NCBI GenBank assembly: GCA_016280485.1
Contig: JAEEGU010000051.1
Span: 18,166 to 82,165 of the forward strand
Reading direction: 5' to 3'
From: Bacillota bacterium
GTDB lineage: Bacteria; Bacillota; Clostridia; Peptostreptococcales; Anaerovoracaceae
DNA length: 64,000 nucleotides
The translations under genes were made by a program, and so were the position numbers. The notes below the pieces were generated by a model. That model made no database searches. It was not told the origin of the DNA and saw only the letters and a program-made list of their open reading frames with translations. Below are positions 8,908-19,458 of the stretch, one piece after another (position 1 is the stretch's first letter; each line of letters begins with the position of its first letter).

Positions 8908-10101
8908 TCAGTTATCTCCGTAGGTTATGCGGTCTCGCTGGGTTAGTGCGGTAATAGGATCGTAGCCAATGATTGAGGTTGTTGGCGTAGCTGAAGACTC
9001 GTTGTAAACTTTTATGTACCAGGTAATAATTCCGAATGAAGGAGAATTTGTGTTGATCGTAACGGCATAAACATCAGATGGGACATATGCGCTGCCGATC
9101 ATCCTATATTCTGTTGCCGAGACAATTTTACTAAAGTAAGGTCCGTCAGTTCTGCGTTCAATGATGTGTTCACAGTTTTCGTAGGCATCAGGTTGAATGG
9201 TGAGGCGCCGATCAATGCTTCGAATTCCTTCATAAGCTACGTCGATCAGAAGTTCGTTTAGCTTTTCATCTGTCACGCGAAGATCATAGATGTCTGAAAT
9301 GTAGTAGGTTTGCCCTTCCCTGGCAATATCGATTCCGACCACCCCGATCAGTCTGCAGGTCCGGAAATCAATAATGCGCATCTGGATAGTAGATGTTTCG
9401 GCGTCCCGTAACTCGCAGAGCCAAAGAGACCCGTATTCTTCGGGGTTCCGGAAAGCTGCGTCGGAGCTCCGATCATAGGTCTCGTTAACCATGCAATTAA
9501 ACGGGCCGTCCTGACGGGCCGTATAGTGCGTGATATAGTTTTTGAAATCAGAAATTATAGTGCCTTGGCTGCAGGTAAAGTAGTACCCGAATGCTCGTTT
9601 GGATTTAAGCGGGGCGTCGGCTCCGGCCAAGTTGCATCTCGGATTGAGAATAATGGCGCCGTCAAAGTTGGTCTTGACGCCAACAGAAATCGTGAAGGGT
9701 TCTCCCTCGTATTCCAGATCGACGCTCCAGATCTTATCGTTCCGAGCCATTTTTTCGACTTCGAAGTAGTTGTACGGATAGCATTGATAATATGCTTTTA
9801 TCTGCTCCGGGGTATAAATGAATTCTTCATCCTCCCCCTGCGGGAAAAGGGGGCTGCCGGTTTCTTCCGTACCGCTTGGAGCGACGTAACTGGGCGTGCA
9901 GATATTTAGGTCATCGCAAGATGAATCCTCAACATGACCTGAGGAGTAATCCGGGGATGTCTCGGTAATGTGTGAAAGATTAGGGCTCGTCGGCTGCGTT
10001 TCTCCTGGTTCGTTACTGCTTGAAACGATGATAACAAGAACGAGTCCGACTACGATAAAGAAAGCGAGGATTGCAAGAATGAGCTTTGTCTTCCCGTTCA
10101 T
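8908..10101 (-). CDS. membrane-anchored extracytoplasmic protein
   Basis: GGAGG SD. N-terminal TM anchor LILAILAFFIVVGLVLVIIV, followed by a Pro/Ser/Thr-rich linker. Confidence 0.7.
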   Translation of the reverse strand: MNGKTKLILAILAFFIVVGLVLVIIVSSSNEPGETQPTSPNLSHITETSPDYSSGHVEDSSCDDLNICTPSYVAPSGTEETGSPLFPQGEDEEFIYTPEQIKAYYQCYPYNYFEVEKMARNDKIWSVDLEYEGEPFTISVGVKTNFDGAIILNPRCNLAGADAPLKSKRAFGYYFTCSQGTIISDFKNYITHYTARQDGPFNCMVNETYDRSSDAAFRNPEEYGSLWLCELRDAETSTIQMRIIDFRTCRLIGVVGIDIAREGQTYYISDIYDLRVTDEKLNELLIDVAYEGIRSIDRRLTIQPDAYENCEHIIERRTDGPYFSKIVSATEYRMIGSAYVPSDVYAVTINTNSPSFGIITWYIKVYNESSATPTTSIIGYDPITALTQRDRITYGDN

Positions 10102-10106
10102 ACGGG

Positions 10107-10775
10107 CTACCTCCTTGTCCGGCCTGCCTTTCTCCGTGAATCAAACAAAGAAGGGTATTCTGCATCAAGGGCTTTCGCAATAATCTCATAATCCGGGTAA
10201 TGGTCTATGGATTTTGACGGAATCTCAATGAGCCGTTTTCGAAGCCTTTGATACGGAATGCCGGTGATTTCTGAAAGTTTGCGCATGGTGTAATGCTTGT
10301 AGCGCATGATTTTGATTACGTCTGGGAACTGAATGCTTCCAAGAGTTTGCTCCGTCGGCGTATTCTCGTGCCGTGGCGCTCTGGGAGCGTGGTATTCACT
10401 GAGGACTTCTACGGGAATTCCCGTAACATCGCTCAGCGCATTTGCGAGTTCGACGGGCATAGGCACTCCGTCAGAAACGAAAAGGGCTTTGTCGAGGGCC
10501 TCTGGCGTCCACCCGATCAGCTCCGCGAGCTCTTCAAGGGAGTACGTTGTTTTCTTGAACCATCTTCTAATCGCGGGATAAGGGCAGTTCCCGGGAAGGT
10601 GATTGTCGGTAAGACGGGAGAAAAACTTTGAGACGGCCTGACGTGTTACACCGTATCGCTCGCCAATCTCAGCCATGGACATTCCATCAATTCGCTTGGT
10701 GCAAATGTCGATTTTTACTTCTCGGGACATACATCCGGGGTTCATGAGCCGCCTATCGGTAATGTTCTTTTTCAT
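10107..10775 (-). CDS. multi-HTH DNA-binding protein (candidate regulator)
   Basis: Three HTH-like segments: MSMAEIGERYGVTRQAVSKF, YSLEELAELIGWTPEAL, YTMRKLSEITGIPYQRLRKRL. The start is uncertain because no adjacent SD is present. Confidence 0.65.
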   Translation of the reverse strand: MKKNITDRRLMNPGCMSREVKIDICTKRIDGMSMAEIGERYGVTRQAVSKFFSRLTDNHLPGNCPYPAIRRWFKKTTYSLEELAELIGWTPEALDKALFVSDGVPMPVELANALSDVTGIPVEVLSEYHAPRAPRHENTPTEQTLGSIQFPDVIKIMRYKHYTMRKLSEITGIPYQRLRKRLIEIPSKSIDHYPDYEIIAKALDAEYPSLFDSRRKAGRTRR

Positions 10776-10844
10776 GAGGGTTTTGCGAATTCAGATCCGT
10801 TGTCTGAACCGCATGGGACCTCCTTTCTTTGGCATTATATTACA

Positions 10845-11360
10845 TCAGCATACATAACGCAATACTGTATTCGCAACAAGTCCAACTGCGAGGAGCACCA
10901 TTATCGCTCCGACTGCTATTTCACCAATAGAACCCTCCCTGATCGATGCAGCGTGAAAATTGCCGGGCAACGGGTAAAATAGGGGGATTCCTTTCACGTT
11001 CAAAAGGTCCAGAGCGATATGACTGATCACCCCGGAAACAAATCCAAATAACAGGACTGAAAACACGCCGATTTTGCCATTAAGAAGCAGGAACAAACCG
11101 AGATATAAAATCGGACTATGGAATAGCGTCCGATGACCCCACAAGCAATTTATGAGTGTTGAGGTTGAGCCGGTCGCGTGACCGGCTTTTGATTTTCTGT
11201 TGTCTACATCCGGGAAAAGGCTGCCGAGTATCGCAAAGCCAAACGCGAACGGCAGCAGGATTTCCGGTGACGGCCGTAATCCAAAGTCGCTTCTCAGTGC
11301 TGCCGCAACGGTAACACCCCCCGCAACGGCGCCGCCGGCGATATGGGTCTTCCACTTCAA
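10845..11360 (-). CDS. YdjM/DUF457-like membrane-bound metal-dependent hydrolase
   Basis: TTG start. Multi-TM. Motifs LFPDVDN and HRTLFHSP...SHIALD are typical of the family. Confidence 0.7.
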   Translation of the reverse strand: MKWKTHIAGGAVAGGVTVAAALRSDFGLRPSPEILLPFAFGFAILGSLFPDVDNRKSKAGHATGSTSTLINCLWGHRTLFHSPILYLGLFLLLNGKIGVFSVLLFGFVSGVISHIALDLLNVKGIPLFYPLPGNFHAASIREGSIGEIAVGAIMVLLAVGLVANTVLRYVC

Positions 11361-11366
11361 ATCTTC

Positions 11367-14171
11367 TCATTCCTTTCGCTGCGACAATTCAAATTTCGGC
11401 CCATATTCTGATTGCTGGCTGTCGTCCAGGAAAATGGTTGCTGTAAACTTCGCTCCCTTCTTGATCTTTCCATTTTCTTCGGTATCTTTTTTTCTCAGCG
11501 TGGCTACTTTGATTTTTTCATGATTGATAAGCTTTTGGGCCATCTGGGGCGTGACTGTTGTGGCACGCATGATCCCGCCCTTTGCGTTTTTCTGAATGCT
11601 GAACTTACAACCGGCTGCGTAATTGTCGCAGCGATATGCGTACATTGTTTCACGGACATTTCCGCCGCATCTCCAGCAGGTTCCGACGCTCTCACAAAAG
11701 GCGTCGTCTGCTCGCATGACTCGCACCGTGCCATCGTCGAGCTTTTTCAGCGCTATAGAGCCGGGATAGTCCTTGTTTTTGTCCCGTGAATAGAGCGTAA
11801 CGCCTGATATTGTTTTTCCGGCAAGGAGTGACTTCGCCATGGTCTTCGTGATTTTGCAATGACAAAGCATTGTGTTTTCGAATCCTATTTTCGGGATAAG
11901 GAACTTACAGGGGGATGCAGCGTTCCAGTTCTTACATCCGTATCCAGACTTCCCTTCCAGTATGTCTCCACCGCACATAGGGCATTTCCCGATCACTTCC
12001 CGTTCCATAGAAACGGCGACGGAGAATCCGGATGAAGCGTCCCGGTTAATTGTAATGCTGCCGGGAAACATTCTTTCCTTTGCCTCAGACCACAGAGTTT
12101 TTACATACACGGTCTTCCCTTTTAACAGATTCTTAGCCATTGCTGGGGTTATGTTTGTTCTGCAGAGGATGCCCTTTCCGGCTTCTTTCCAGATGACGAA
12201 TTTGCATCCGTTTTTATAATTGCTGCAGCCATAACCTCTTTTGCCTTCAATCACATCCCCACCGCACCAGGGGCACTTCCCTACTACGGTGTGGCTGTTC
12301 GGACTCAACTGGGAAACGTCGAGCTTTGGGAAATCCTGAGTGAGCACTTCCCGAATCGACTCAAGCACCGATTCCGTCAGATCCGCAGGCGTTTTTTCCC
12401 CAGATATGATATCTTCCTGATATACCCACCATTGCGCTGTCAGATCCGCTTTTTTGAATTCATCCGGAAGGATCCTGTAAAATTCTCGTCCCTTTGGGGT
12501 TGAGACGATATTTTTACCTTCCATCGCGCAGTATCCGTCCGTTACAAGATCATCGACGATCTGGACGCGAGTTGCGTCCGTTCCGATAGAGCCGTTTGCA
12601 CCCTCTTTTTCCGCGTCCTTCTGGAGCAGCAGTTCCTTGATGTACGGATCGTCCACATATCGGGCGATTCTCGTCATGTCCTCAATCAGAGACGCCTTCG
12701 TGTATTTGGGCTTTGGCCGTGTCGCGCATTCCTTTACTTCAGAATCCTGAACAAAAGCGGCACATCCACCAGCCGGTATGCGGCACAGATCGGACGGGAG
12801 ATCCTCTTCTTCCTCCTCAGCGTCTTTCCCGAGCAGAGAAAGAAAGCCAGGCAATATGATTTCGGTTGCGGTAGCCCGAAGCTGGGCTCCGTCCGGGAGC
12901 GGTATTTCAAGAATTGTTTTTTCCTTCTTCGCGTTGGGCAAAAATTGCGCCAGATAATAATTTGCGATCGCGGTATATACGTTGCGCTCCTGCGCGGTCA
13001 TAATATTGACATCTACCGTTTTGCCGGAGGGAATGATCGCAAAGTGTGCTGTTATTTTAGAATCATCAAAACACCTTGATTTGATCGTCATATCCAGCGG
13101 CAGGTTTATTCCCAGGCTGTTCATGGTGGCAACGGTTGTCCTGGGCGCCTCATTGTAGTGCTCTTCCGATAGATACTGGCAGTCTGTCCGGTTATAGGTA
13201 ATTGCTTTGTACTTATCTCGAAGCGTTTGGGTGATTTCCAGTGTGTCTTGCGGCGAATAACCGAATCTTGATGAACAAAAAGATTGTAATTTTGTGAAGT
13301 TAAACGGAAGCGGAGGCTTTGACGTGATCGACTTTTTCTCTACGTTTCCGGGACCTCGGAATAAATTGACCAAGTCCTGTTTCTCTTCTGCGTAGGACTT
13401 ATCCTGGATCATTCCGTCAGTAAGATTCGGATCGCCCTCGACTGGAATATACTTCGCTGTTACTGCAGGCCCATTATTGACCTGTACGGAACATTTCACC
13501 TCGTAGTAGTACGTCGGCTGGTGGTTTGCGATCAGCGCGTCACGGGCAACTACAAGGCCCAGCGTGGGGCATTTCACCCGGCCTACCGGGAGAAACATTC
13601 CGTTCAGCGAAGAAAAGAATCTGGAAAGATTGACTCCGACCTCCATATCGGCAACGGCCCGGGCATAAGCGGCCCAACCCATTGGCTCCCACTTTTTGTT
13701 GTCAAACAGATTGTTGAGGGCCTTTACAAGCGCTTCCTGCGTGGTGTTCCTCGTATCGAGTCGCTTGACGTTTCCGGAATAGTGATGCCATCTCAGCAGT
13801 TCGTCAACAAGCAGTTGGCCCTCGTTGTCCGGGTCCCCGGCATGAATGACCGTATCCGATTGGCGAAGCAGATCTCCAATCATGGAAACCCGCCGTGCAT
13901 ACTCGTTGTCTCCCGATCGATCCCGAGGCTGCTTTACCCGCATTCCCCAGTCCGGAAAGTAAATCGGCAGCTTTGAAAGATCGCTCTTGTTGGCCATGGC
14001 CGGGTCGTAATCTTCCGGCTCTTTCAGCTCAAGAAGGTGTCCAAACAGCCAGGTTACACGGTATTCCCCCACGCTGAAGAAATCATTTCCAACCTTTTTT
14101 GCTGTACCAGGAAGAGCGAAGGCGATGTCTTTGGCCAAAGAAGGTTTCTCGGCGATTACCAAACAATTCAA
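11367..14171 (-). CDS. topB: type IA DNA topoisomerase (Topo III-like) with three C-terminal Zn-ribbon repeat units
   Basis: Toprim N-terminus LVIAEKPSLAKD and GDPDNEGQ. The C-terminus has three units of CPxCGG...GYGC..Y...CKF plus a repeat. TTG start after GGAGG. Confidence 0.93.
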   Translation of the reverse strand: MNCLVIAEKPSLAKDIAFALPGTAKKVGNDFFSVGEYRVTWLFGHLLELKEPEDYDPAMANKSDLSKLPIYFPDWGMRVKQPRDRSGDNEYARRVSMIGDLLRQSDTVIHAGDPDNEGQLLVDELLRWHHYSGNVKRLDTRNTTQEALVKALNNLFDNKKWEPMGWAAYARAVADMEVGVNLSRFFSSLNGMFLPVGRVKCPTLGLVVARDALIANHQPTYYYEVKCSVQVNNGPAVTAKYIPVEGDPNLTDGMIQDKSYAEEKQDLVNLFRGPGNVEKKSITSKPPLPFNFTKLQSFCSSRFGYSPQDTLEITQTLRDKYKAITYNRTDCQYLSEEHYNEAPRTTVATMNSLGINLPLDMTIKSRCFDDSKITAHFAIIPSGKTVDVNIMTAQERNVYTAIANYYLAQFLPNAKKEKTILEIPLPDGAQLRATATEIILPGFLSLLGKDAEEEEEDLPSDLCRIPAGGCAAFVQDSEVKECATRPKPKYTKASLIEDMTRIARYVDDPYIKELLLQKDAEKEGANGSIGTDATRVQIVDDLVTDGYCAMEGKNIVSTPKGREFYRILPDEFKKADLTAQWWVYQEDIISGEKTPADLTESVLESIREVLTQDFPKLDVSQLSPNSHTVVGKCPWCGGDVIEGKRGYGCSNYKNGCKFVIWKEAGKGILCRTNITPAMAKNLLKGKTVYVKTLWSEAKERMFPGSITINRDASSGFSVAVSMEREVIGKCPMCGGDILEGKSGYGCKNWNAASPCKFLIPKIGFENTMLCHCKITKTMAKSLLAGKTISGVTLYSRDKNKDYPGSIALKKLDDGTVRVMRADDAFCESVGTCWRCGGNVRETMYAYRCDNYAAGCKFSIQKNAKGGIMRATTVTPQMAQKLINHEKIKVATLRKKDTEENGKIKKGAKFTATIFLDDSQQSEYGPKFELSQRKE

Positions 14172-14233
14172 GATTTATCCTCCTGAAAAAATGGCGATTT
14201 ATCGTTTATTTTCGGTTATCTTAATACTCTAAA

Positions 14234-14262
14234 AATTATATAATATAATTTGTTAGTTGTCA
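14234..14262 (-). promoter_or_regulatory. consensus sigma-A promoter of the topoisomerase operon
   Basis: Minus strand: TTGACA (14262-14257), 17 nt, TATAAT (14239-14234). Confidence 0.7.
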
Positions 14263-14292
14263 ACTGCTCGCGGATTTTACCCCATAAAAAAT

Positions 14293-14325
14293 ACCGGGAA
14301 ACTGCCATAAAGACAGTTCCCCGGT
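14293..14325 (-). terminator. intrinsic terminator after the helicase gene
   Basis: ACCGGGGAACUG...CAGUUUCCCGGU hairpin followed by AUUUUUUAU on the minus strand. Confidence 0.7.
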
Positions 14326-14336
14326 ATAACGGATGA

Positions 14337-16640
14337 TTATTGTTTTTTGGGCCTTGCTTTTGCTCCTTCGTGGTGAAGGCGCGAGGCAAGAAGCGTGATG
14401 CGGCTCATGCTTGGATCCGCGGTGCTGTCACGCATAATCGCAGTCCTAAGAGCCTCAGTTTCTCCTACGACAATGACGTGCTTTGTCGCTCTTGTTATTG
14501 CCGTATAGACGAGATTTCGGGCAAGCAGATTGCTGTGGACGTTTGACAAGACTAAGATGACGGTGTCCGTTTCGCAGCCCTGCATCTTGTGTACGCTCGA
14601 CGCATAGGCGAGATCGACGTTTGCCATCATCTTTGAGTCATACGCAACAAACGTGTCGTTGAATCTGATCGTAGCAACTTTTTCCATCTTGTCGCTATCC
14701 TGTGAGATCTTTTCCAACGAGATTCGTTCAACGAATCCGATCTCTCCGTTTTTGGGACCTTCTGTATTAACCAGTTGCATGACCTTATCCCCTGCGTGGA
14801 ATGTAACGCCATGGGAAGTAATTGTCATCTGGTCGGAGAGAATGGGATTGATCCTTGCCTGCAGCGCTTCATTAAAGCTGGTTGCTGTGAGCGACGTCGT
14901 TTTGCTTTTCTTGCGGTAAGGAACAAGCAGCGCAACGTCGTCCACGGTCAGGGTGGATTTGCTGATCAGCGTGTTGTAGAGGTTGCACGCAGTATCGAAG
15001 ATTTGGATGTCCCCTTTTCGCTCAGCGATCATGAATGCGGAGCACAGGTTTTTACTCCAAATCAAATCCGGCTGCCCGGTACGAATCTTAGCGGCGTTCA
15101 AAGGAATCAGGTTGATGTGATTGTCCGATTTCTGTCGAAAAATCTTATTCAGCCGGAAGACCTTGATTTCACCGCTGGATATGATATCGTGCAGGACGTT
15201 GCCGGCGCCGACGGACGGAAGCTGGTCCGGATCTCCGATCAGGATAACACGGGTTCCTTCTTCCACATGCCTCAGAAACATTGCCATTTGCAGGAGGTCG
15301 GCCATTGATATTTCATCGACAACCAACGCTTTTGCATCCAGCGTCCAATCCTCTTGGAGTCCTCCCCCGTTGCTTGGAAAGTTCAAAATCTCCTCTGTGT
15401 TTCTGCCGGTATAACCCAGAGCAGAAAGCACCGTGCTTGCAGGAGCTCCCGTCGCTTCTTCCATGCGCCGGGCGGCACGCCCTGTGGGAGACAGCAGCAG
15501 GATCTCACGATCCGGTACTTGTTCGACTTTTTTGAGTACATAGAGGAGACCTTTTATGACGGTTGTTTTTCCCGTGCCCGGAAATCCGGTGATCACGGAG
15601 ACACCGTTTCGGACGGCGCCGAGAATCGCGGCTTTTTGCTCGTCTCCAAACTTGATGTCTTCCCTGTTCTCATATTCCGTAATCGCATCTTCATATTCCT
15701 TCTCTTCCTTTTTCATAGCGGAAGCGTTATGTGCCAGGGCGAAGAGCTTCTTGGCGACAAACACCTCTTCCATGTAGGATTCGTTGGTGTAGAAGAGCCC
15801 GGAGTTGAGACGGATTCGTTTGCCGTCGCAGGCATTCATGAGAACCGCGTGGGCGAGTTCCTCGCTGACTGCGTTTGAACGACGGTTTAGAAGCTGCAAA
15901 GCGCCGACAATGCCTCGCCGACGGTCTCCCCGCAGCAGAATCGAGCTGGGAAGGCACGTCGAACCCTGAACGCTTGCGTTTCGCAGAGCCGTGTGAAGTG
16001 CGCTTTCGATACGTTTCGGACTGTCGAGCTCCGCAAGTTGCGTGGAAATGGCGAATTCGTCAACGCTGTCAAAGGTTCCTCCGAACAGGCACAGGCAGTA
16101 GGGATCTAATCGAACATAATTTGCGGTGATGTTGTGACGACGCATTTCCGCGAGATCTACTGACACACGGTTTCCAATTAAACGGATCAAATCCCGTTCA
16201 ATGGAGCTTTCGGCCAGCTTGAGCTTCAGATTTTCAAGCGCTTCCGTGCCGGCAATCCGTGCGGCAGCAGGCGGAATGTCATCCTCCTCCAGCCGCTTCC
16301 AGGCGTCTTTTCCAAGTAGGGTGTACAGTTTTGTGGCTCGCTTCTCCCCAAATCCTACGCCCAAGGAAGAAATGAATTTGATGAACTCCTTTTTGGTATC
16401 AGGCGGTTTCAGCTCAAATTCAGATACGGAAAACTGTTTTCCGTATTTCGCTTCCTCAAACGCTCCTTTTAGGATTACGGTGGCGTCGGTATCCGGAAGA
16501 TAGAACCCGACGGCATTAAAAACCATCGGATCCCCTTCCACAGTTTCATACCGCGCAACAGTAAATCCGTTTTCGGAATTGATGTAGGTTGTTCTTGTTC
16601 GCTTAGCAATAAGGACAACCTTTTCGTCCTTATTTTCCAT
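14337..16640 (-). CDS. RecD-like SF1B DNA helicase
   Basis: Walker A GFPGTGKTT, Walker B LVVDEISM. The C-terminal motifs YASSVHKMQG and VYTAITRA are typical of RecD2/TraA-like helicases. Confidence 0.9.
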   Translation of the reverse strand: MENKDEKVVLIAKRTRTTYINSENGFTVARYETVEGDPMVFNAVGFYLPDTDATVILKGAFEEAKYGKQFSVSEFELKPPDTKKEFIKFISSLGVGFGEKRATKLYTLLGKDAWKRLEEDDIPPAAARIAGTEALENLKLKLAESSIERDLIRLIGNRVSVDLAEMRRHNITANYVRLDPYCLCLFGGTFDSVDEFAISTQLAELDSPKRIESALHTALRNASVQGSTCLPSSILLRGDRRRGIVGALQLLNRRSNAVSEELAHAVLMNACDGKRIRLNSGLFYTNESYMEEVFVAKKLFALAHNASAMKKEEKEYEDAITEYENREDIKFGDEQKAAILGAVRNGVSVITGFPGTGKTTVIKGLLYVLKKVEQVPDREILLLSPTGRAARRMEEATGAPASTVLSALGYTGRNTEEILNFPSNGGGLQEDWTLDAKALVVDEISMADLLQMAMFLRHVEEGTRVILIGDPDQLPSVGAGNVLHDIISSGEIKVFRLNKIFRQKSDNHINLIPLNAAKIRTGQPDLIWSKNLCSAFMIAERKGDIQIFDTACNLYNTLISKSTLTVDDVALLVPYRKKSKTTSLTATSFNEALQARINPILSDQMTITSHGVTFHAGDKVMQLVNTEGPKNGEIGFVERISLEKISQDSDKMEKVATIRFNDTFVAYDSKMMANVDLAYASSVHKMQGCETDTVILVLSNVHSNLLARNLVYTAITRATKHVIVVGETEALRTAIMRDSTADPSMSRITLLASRLHHEGAKARPKKQ

Positions 16641-16848
16641 GGTTGAGAAGCTCGTCTACGGCTTTAATGGCCAGACATTTCAAATGCCGTACCGCAAGGC
16701 ATTCGGTATCGACCTCACCATTCTTCATGGCAAAGACCTTCCAGCCATCTTCACCGTAATTCTTCAGGAAATAACCGCGGTATGTGTACTCCCCTATCAC
16801 GGGGAATCCCATATCGTCGATTACTTTTTTAGCACCCGTATATCCCAT
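16630..16848 (-). CDS. small hypothetical protein
   Basis: 72 aa. TAATG overlap with the upstream stop and an 11-nt overlap with the helicase start. Confidence 0.55.
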   Translation of the reverse strand: MGYTGAKKVIDDMGFPVIGEYTYRGYFLKNYGEDGWKVFAMKNGEVDTECLAVRHLKCLAIKAVDELLNHGK

Positions 16849-18233
16849 TACGCGGCGCCTCCCTTCTGCTTCGGCGTACGCTTGTACGCAATCTTCGGCG
16901 CACAGATCGTAGATCCGATTTTGACGGCTTCTTTGTACGCCTCCGGATATTTCAGCTTCAAAACATCCTTATCGACGGACGTTTTGCTTCTGACCTGGCA
17001 TCCGATCGTCCACTGATAGCCGGTGTTGCCGTCCACCAAGAAACCCTCCTTGGAGTCTTCGTCAAGGGTTTCGTAGACCTGCAGCGTGAGAAGCGAGATC
17101 TGCTCCTCCAGGCCATTCAATACGGCCTCGGCTTCTTTCCGCTTCTGATCCAGCGACGCCCACTGCTTCAGCAGAGGCAGCGTATCGGTAGAAAGTGCTT
17201 CCTTTTTCCCATCCGTCAAAACCTCTTTGGACTTCTCGTAGGTAAAGAAGGCGTAAAGGTCTTTTTCGGATTCTCCGGTCCAATCCGGGAGACGGCCGGC
17301 AGCGATGTAGCGGTCAAAGAATTCCCGTTCATGCTTGATAAGGTCTTCTTCGGCTGCAATATCTCTGTCGATGCGGTGGCAATACCATCCGTCGAGCTTG
17401 TTGCTCGTGACCATTCCGATGAAGGCGCATTCGATTCGCTCGTCATCAAGAACAGCCATGTACTGCATCGGCTGGCGGAGATAATGCTGGGGAACGCCGC
17501 CCTTCCATTCATCCTCGGAGAAGGTTGAGCTGGTTTTTGCCTCGAAAATAGCCAGTTTCCCGTTTGAGAGCTGGACGATAGCGTCAATGTTGGCGGTCAT
17601 CCACTGCCATTTTTTGTGTCGAAACAGGAACGGGCAAGGAATCTGCTTGCTGTTAGACAGCTCGCAGAAGGTCTTGATTACCAGAGGCTCCTTCTGATGA
17701 CCGTAGGCGAAGATGAACGCCTTTCCAGCGTCGTGATCGGTGTTCGGCAGGGTCATTTTGCTGTGTGCCATGGTGCGCTCACTGGAGCTTTCGTACTTGT
17801 GAATTCCCATGGCGACGGCGGAATCAGATCCGCCGAATCCCATGCACCGAATAAGAACCCACTCGCTGTTTGTGATGAACATGCAGTTCACCACCGCAAC
17901 AGCGTTTGGAAATCGCGCAAAAGGCTCCCATTTGATGATATCCAGCAAGGGGCGAATCTTATTCGAGAGCTCCTCTGCTGATAATACATCCAGGAGTAAT
18001 TCGTGGTCTGCGTTCGCAATAAGAACGCCTTCATCATCTGTGAACACACGCTGCAGAGCCCATGCTACCTTATCTTCGTCTTCGTGGAGAAGAAGGGCAA
18101 CCTGCCGCAGCTTTTCCATTCGGGCGGAAACCCGAACGTACATATCTGCCCACGCTTCTGCCAGGGCTTTGTCAGCATATCCCGGCTTTTTTGCGGGAAG
18201 AGCGCAGGGAAACGCGGTATATGTGTATGACAT
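16848..18233 (-). CDS. YqaJ/lambda-exonuclease-like PD-(D/E)XK recombination nuclease with N- and C-terminal extensions
   Basis: Internal ATG after AGGAGGAAAC. Motifs GFGGSDSAVAMG and DAIVQL...LAIFEAKTS...YLRQPMQYM. Confidence 0.8.
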   Translation of the reverse strand: MSYTYTAFPCALPAKKPGYADKALAEAWADMYVRVSARMEKLRQVALLLHEDEDKVAWALQRVFTDDEGVLIANADHELLLDVLSAEELSNKIRPLLDIIKWEPFARFPNAVAVVNCMFITNSEWVLIRCMGFGGSDSAVAMGIHKYESSSERTMAHSKMTLPNTDHDAGKAFIFAYGHQKEPLVIKTFCELSNSKQIPCPFLFRHKKWQWMTANIDAIVQLSNGKLAIFEAKTSSTFSEDEWKGGVPQHYLRQPMQYMAVLDDERIECAFIGMVTSNKLDGWYCHRIDRDIAAEEDLIKHEREFFDRYIAAGRLPDWTGESEKDLYAFFTYEKSKEVLTDGKKEALSTDTLPLLKQWASLDQKRKEAEAVLNGLEEQISLLTLQVYETLDEDSKEGFLVDGNTGYQWTIGCQVRSKTSVDKDVLKLKYPEAYKEAVKIGSTICAPKIAYKRTPKQKGGAA

Positions 18234-18279
18234 TTCTGTTTCCTCCTGTATCTTTTGACAAGGGGGCGTTTCCGCCCCC

Positions 18280-19458
18280 TTAGGTGTCGATAGGCTTGTC
18301 CAGCTCCTTCCAACGGTAGTTGGCGATCCGGGCAATCCCCTCTTCAATCTCATGGATATCACGGTCGCTAAAGCCGGCGGCTTCCGCGTAGACAGTCATC
18401 TCGCAGATCGAGACGTAGATGTCGAACATGGTGCAGCCGCGGTTAGGATCACAGCCGTCCAGGAACAAACTGAGATTATCGGCGCATTCACCGATCAGCT
18501 TATTCCGAAGTCCGGCCTTCTTGCAGAGGTTGATCAGGCAATCTCTGGGACGGTTGATGACCGTCTCGGACATTGCAGTGATCTTCGTGTTCACGTCGCC
18601 GAACTTTGCGTAGACGCCGGAGGCCAGGTCCGTGAGCAGGTCAATCCCTTCACGGCCGGGCTTGTGCTTGTGATCCACGCGGATGCACGATCCGATCGGG
18701 ATGCGTGCGCCGGTAGAGGACGTGATGATCGGCGTAATGGTCGCAGCGGAGTTTTTCGCGTTCGACGTCTGAATCTTGACGGTGAACGCCATGCCGGGAA
18801 TAGGCCGGGAGCCCTGCTTCATCACGCTTTCATACTTCTTCCGGAGGACTTCGGCGTCGTTTCCGCCGATCGCGTAGTTCGCACGGGTGTATTCAAGGCT
18901 GTTGAATCCATCCATGAACGCAAGATCGTGGAACGTACTGCGCAGCGTGGCGACAGTCTGTTCGAACAACTGGTCAATGGGCATGATGCAATACTCGTTG
19001 CTGCCGACAGCAGTAACCTTGCCGTTGCACACCCAGACCTGATTGTCACGGTTCTTTCTGGCGTCGTGATCTTTCGCGGCGGTGAAGATGTCCTTGAAGA
19101 ATCCCGGATCCCGCTTTTCGTCCTCGTTCTGCTTCTCGTCGTAAATGGCGAGGGCAGTTCCGATAAGCTGCCGGACCGCAAAGGATCGAAGCGGGACAAG
19201 GCCGGTGGGCGTATCCAGGAAGAGCCCGGATCCAGCAGGCTCCAGCGTGTCTCTTACGATCTCCTCCTCAATACCGAAGCGGGTACGCCGCTGGACTTCA
19301 TCGACGAAAAGGGGGCCGAGGGAATAGTCAACGCCGAGTTCGTGCGTTTTATGGCTTTCCCATGTGCCCTCGCTTTCCATCTCTTTCAGTTCTTCCATGA
19401 ACTCCTGTTCATTGGAAAAGTCTGCCTCGTAAGAGTCCTTGATAAATCTGTGCTTCAT
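18280..19458 (-). CDS. hypothetical protein, DUF932-like (from memory, uncertain)
   Basis: Start moved to the internal ATG at 19458, directly after the hairpin and AGAAAGGAG SD of copy E1. Size and overall pattern resemble the phage/plasmid DUF932 family. Confidence 0.65.
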   Translation of the reverse strand: MKHRFIKDSYEADFSNEQEFMEELKEMESEGTWESHKTHELGVDYSLGPLFVDEVQRRTRFGIEEEIVRDTLEPAGSGLFLDTPTGLVPLRSFAVRQLIGTALAIYDEKQNEDEKRDPGFFKDIFTAAKDHDARKNRDNQVWVCNGKVTAVGSNEYCIMPIDQLFEQTVATLRSTFHDLAFMDGFNSLEYTRANYAIGGNDAEVLRKKYESVMKQGSRPIPGMAFTVKIQTSNAKNSAATITPIITSSTGARIPIGSCIRVDHKHKPGREGIDLLTDLASGVYAKFGDVNTKITAMSETVINRPRDCLINLCKKAGLRNKLIGECADNLSLFLDGCDPNRGCTMFDIYVSICEMTVYAEAAGFSDRDIHEIEEGIARIANYRWKELDKPIDT

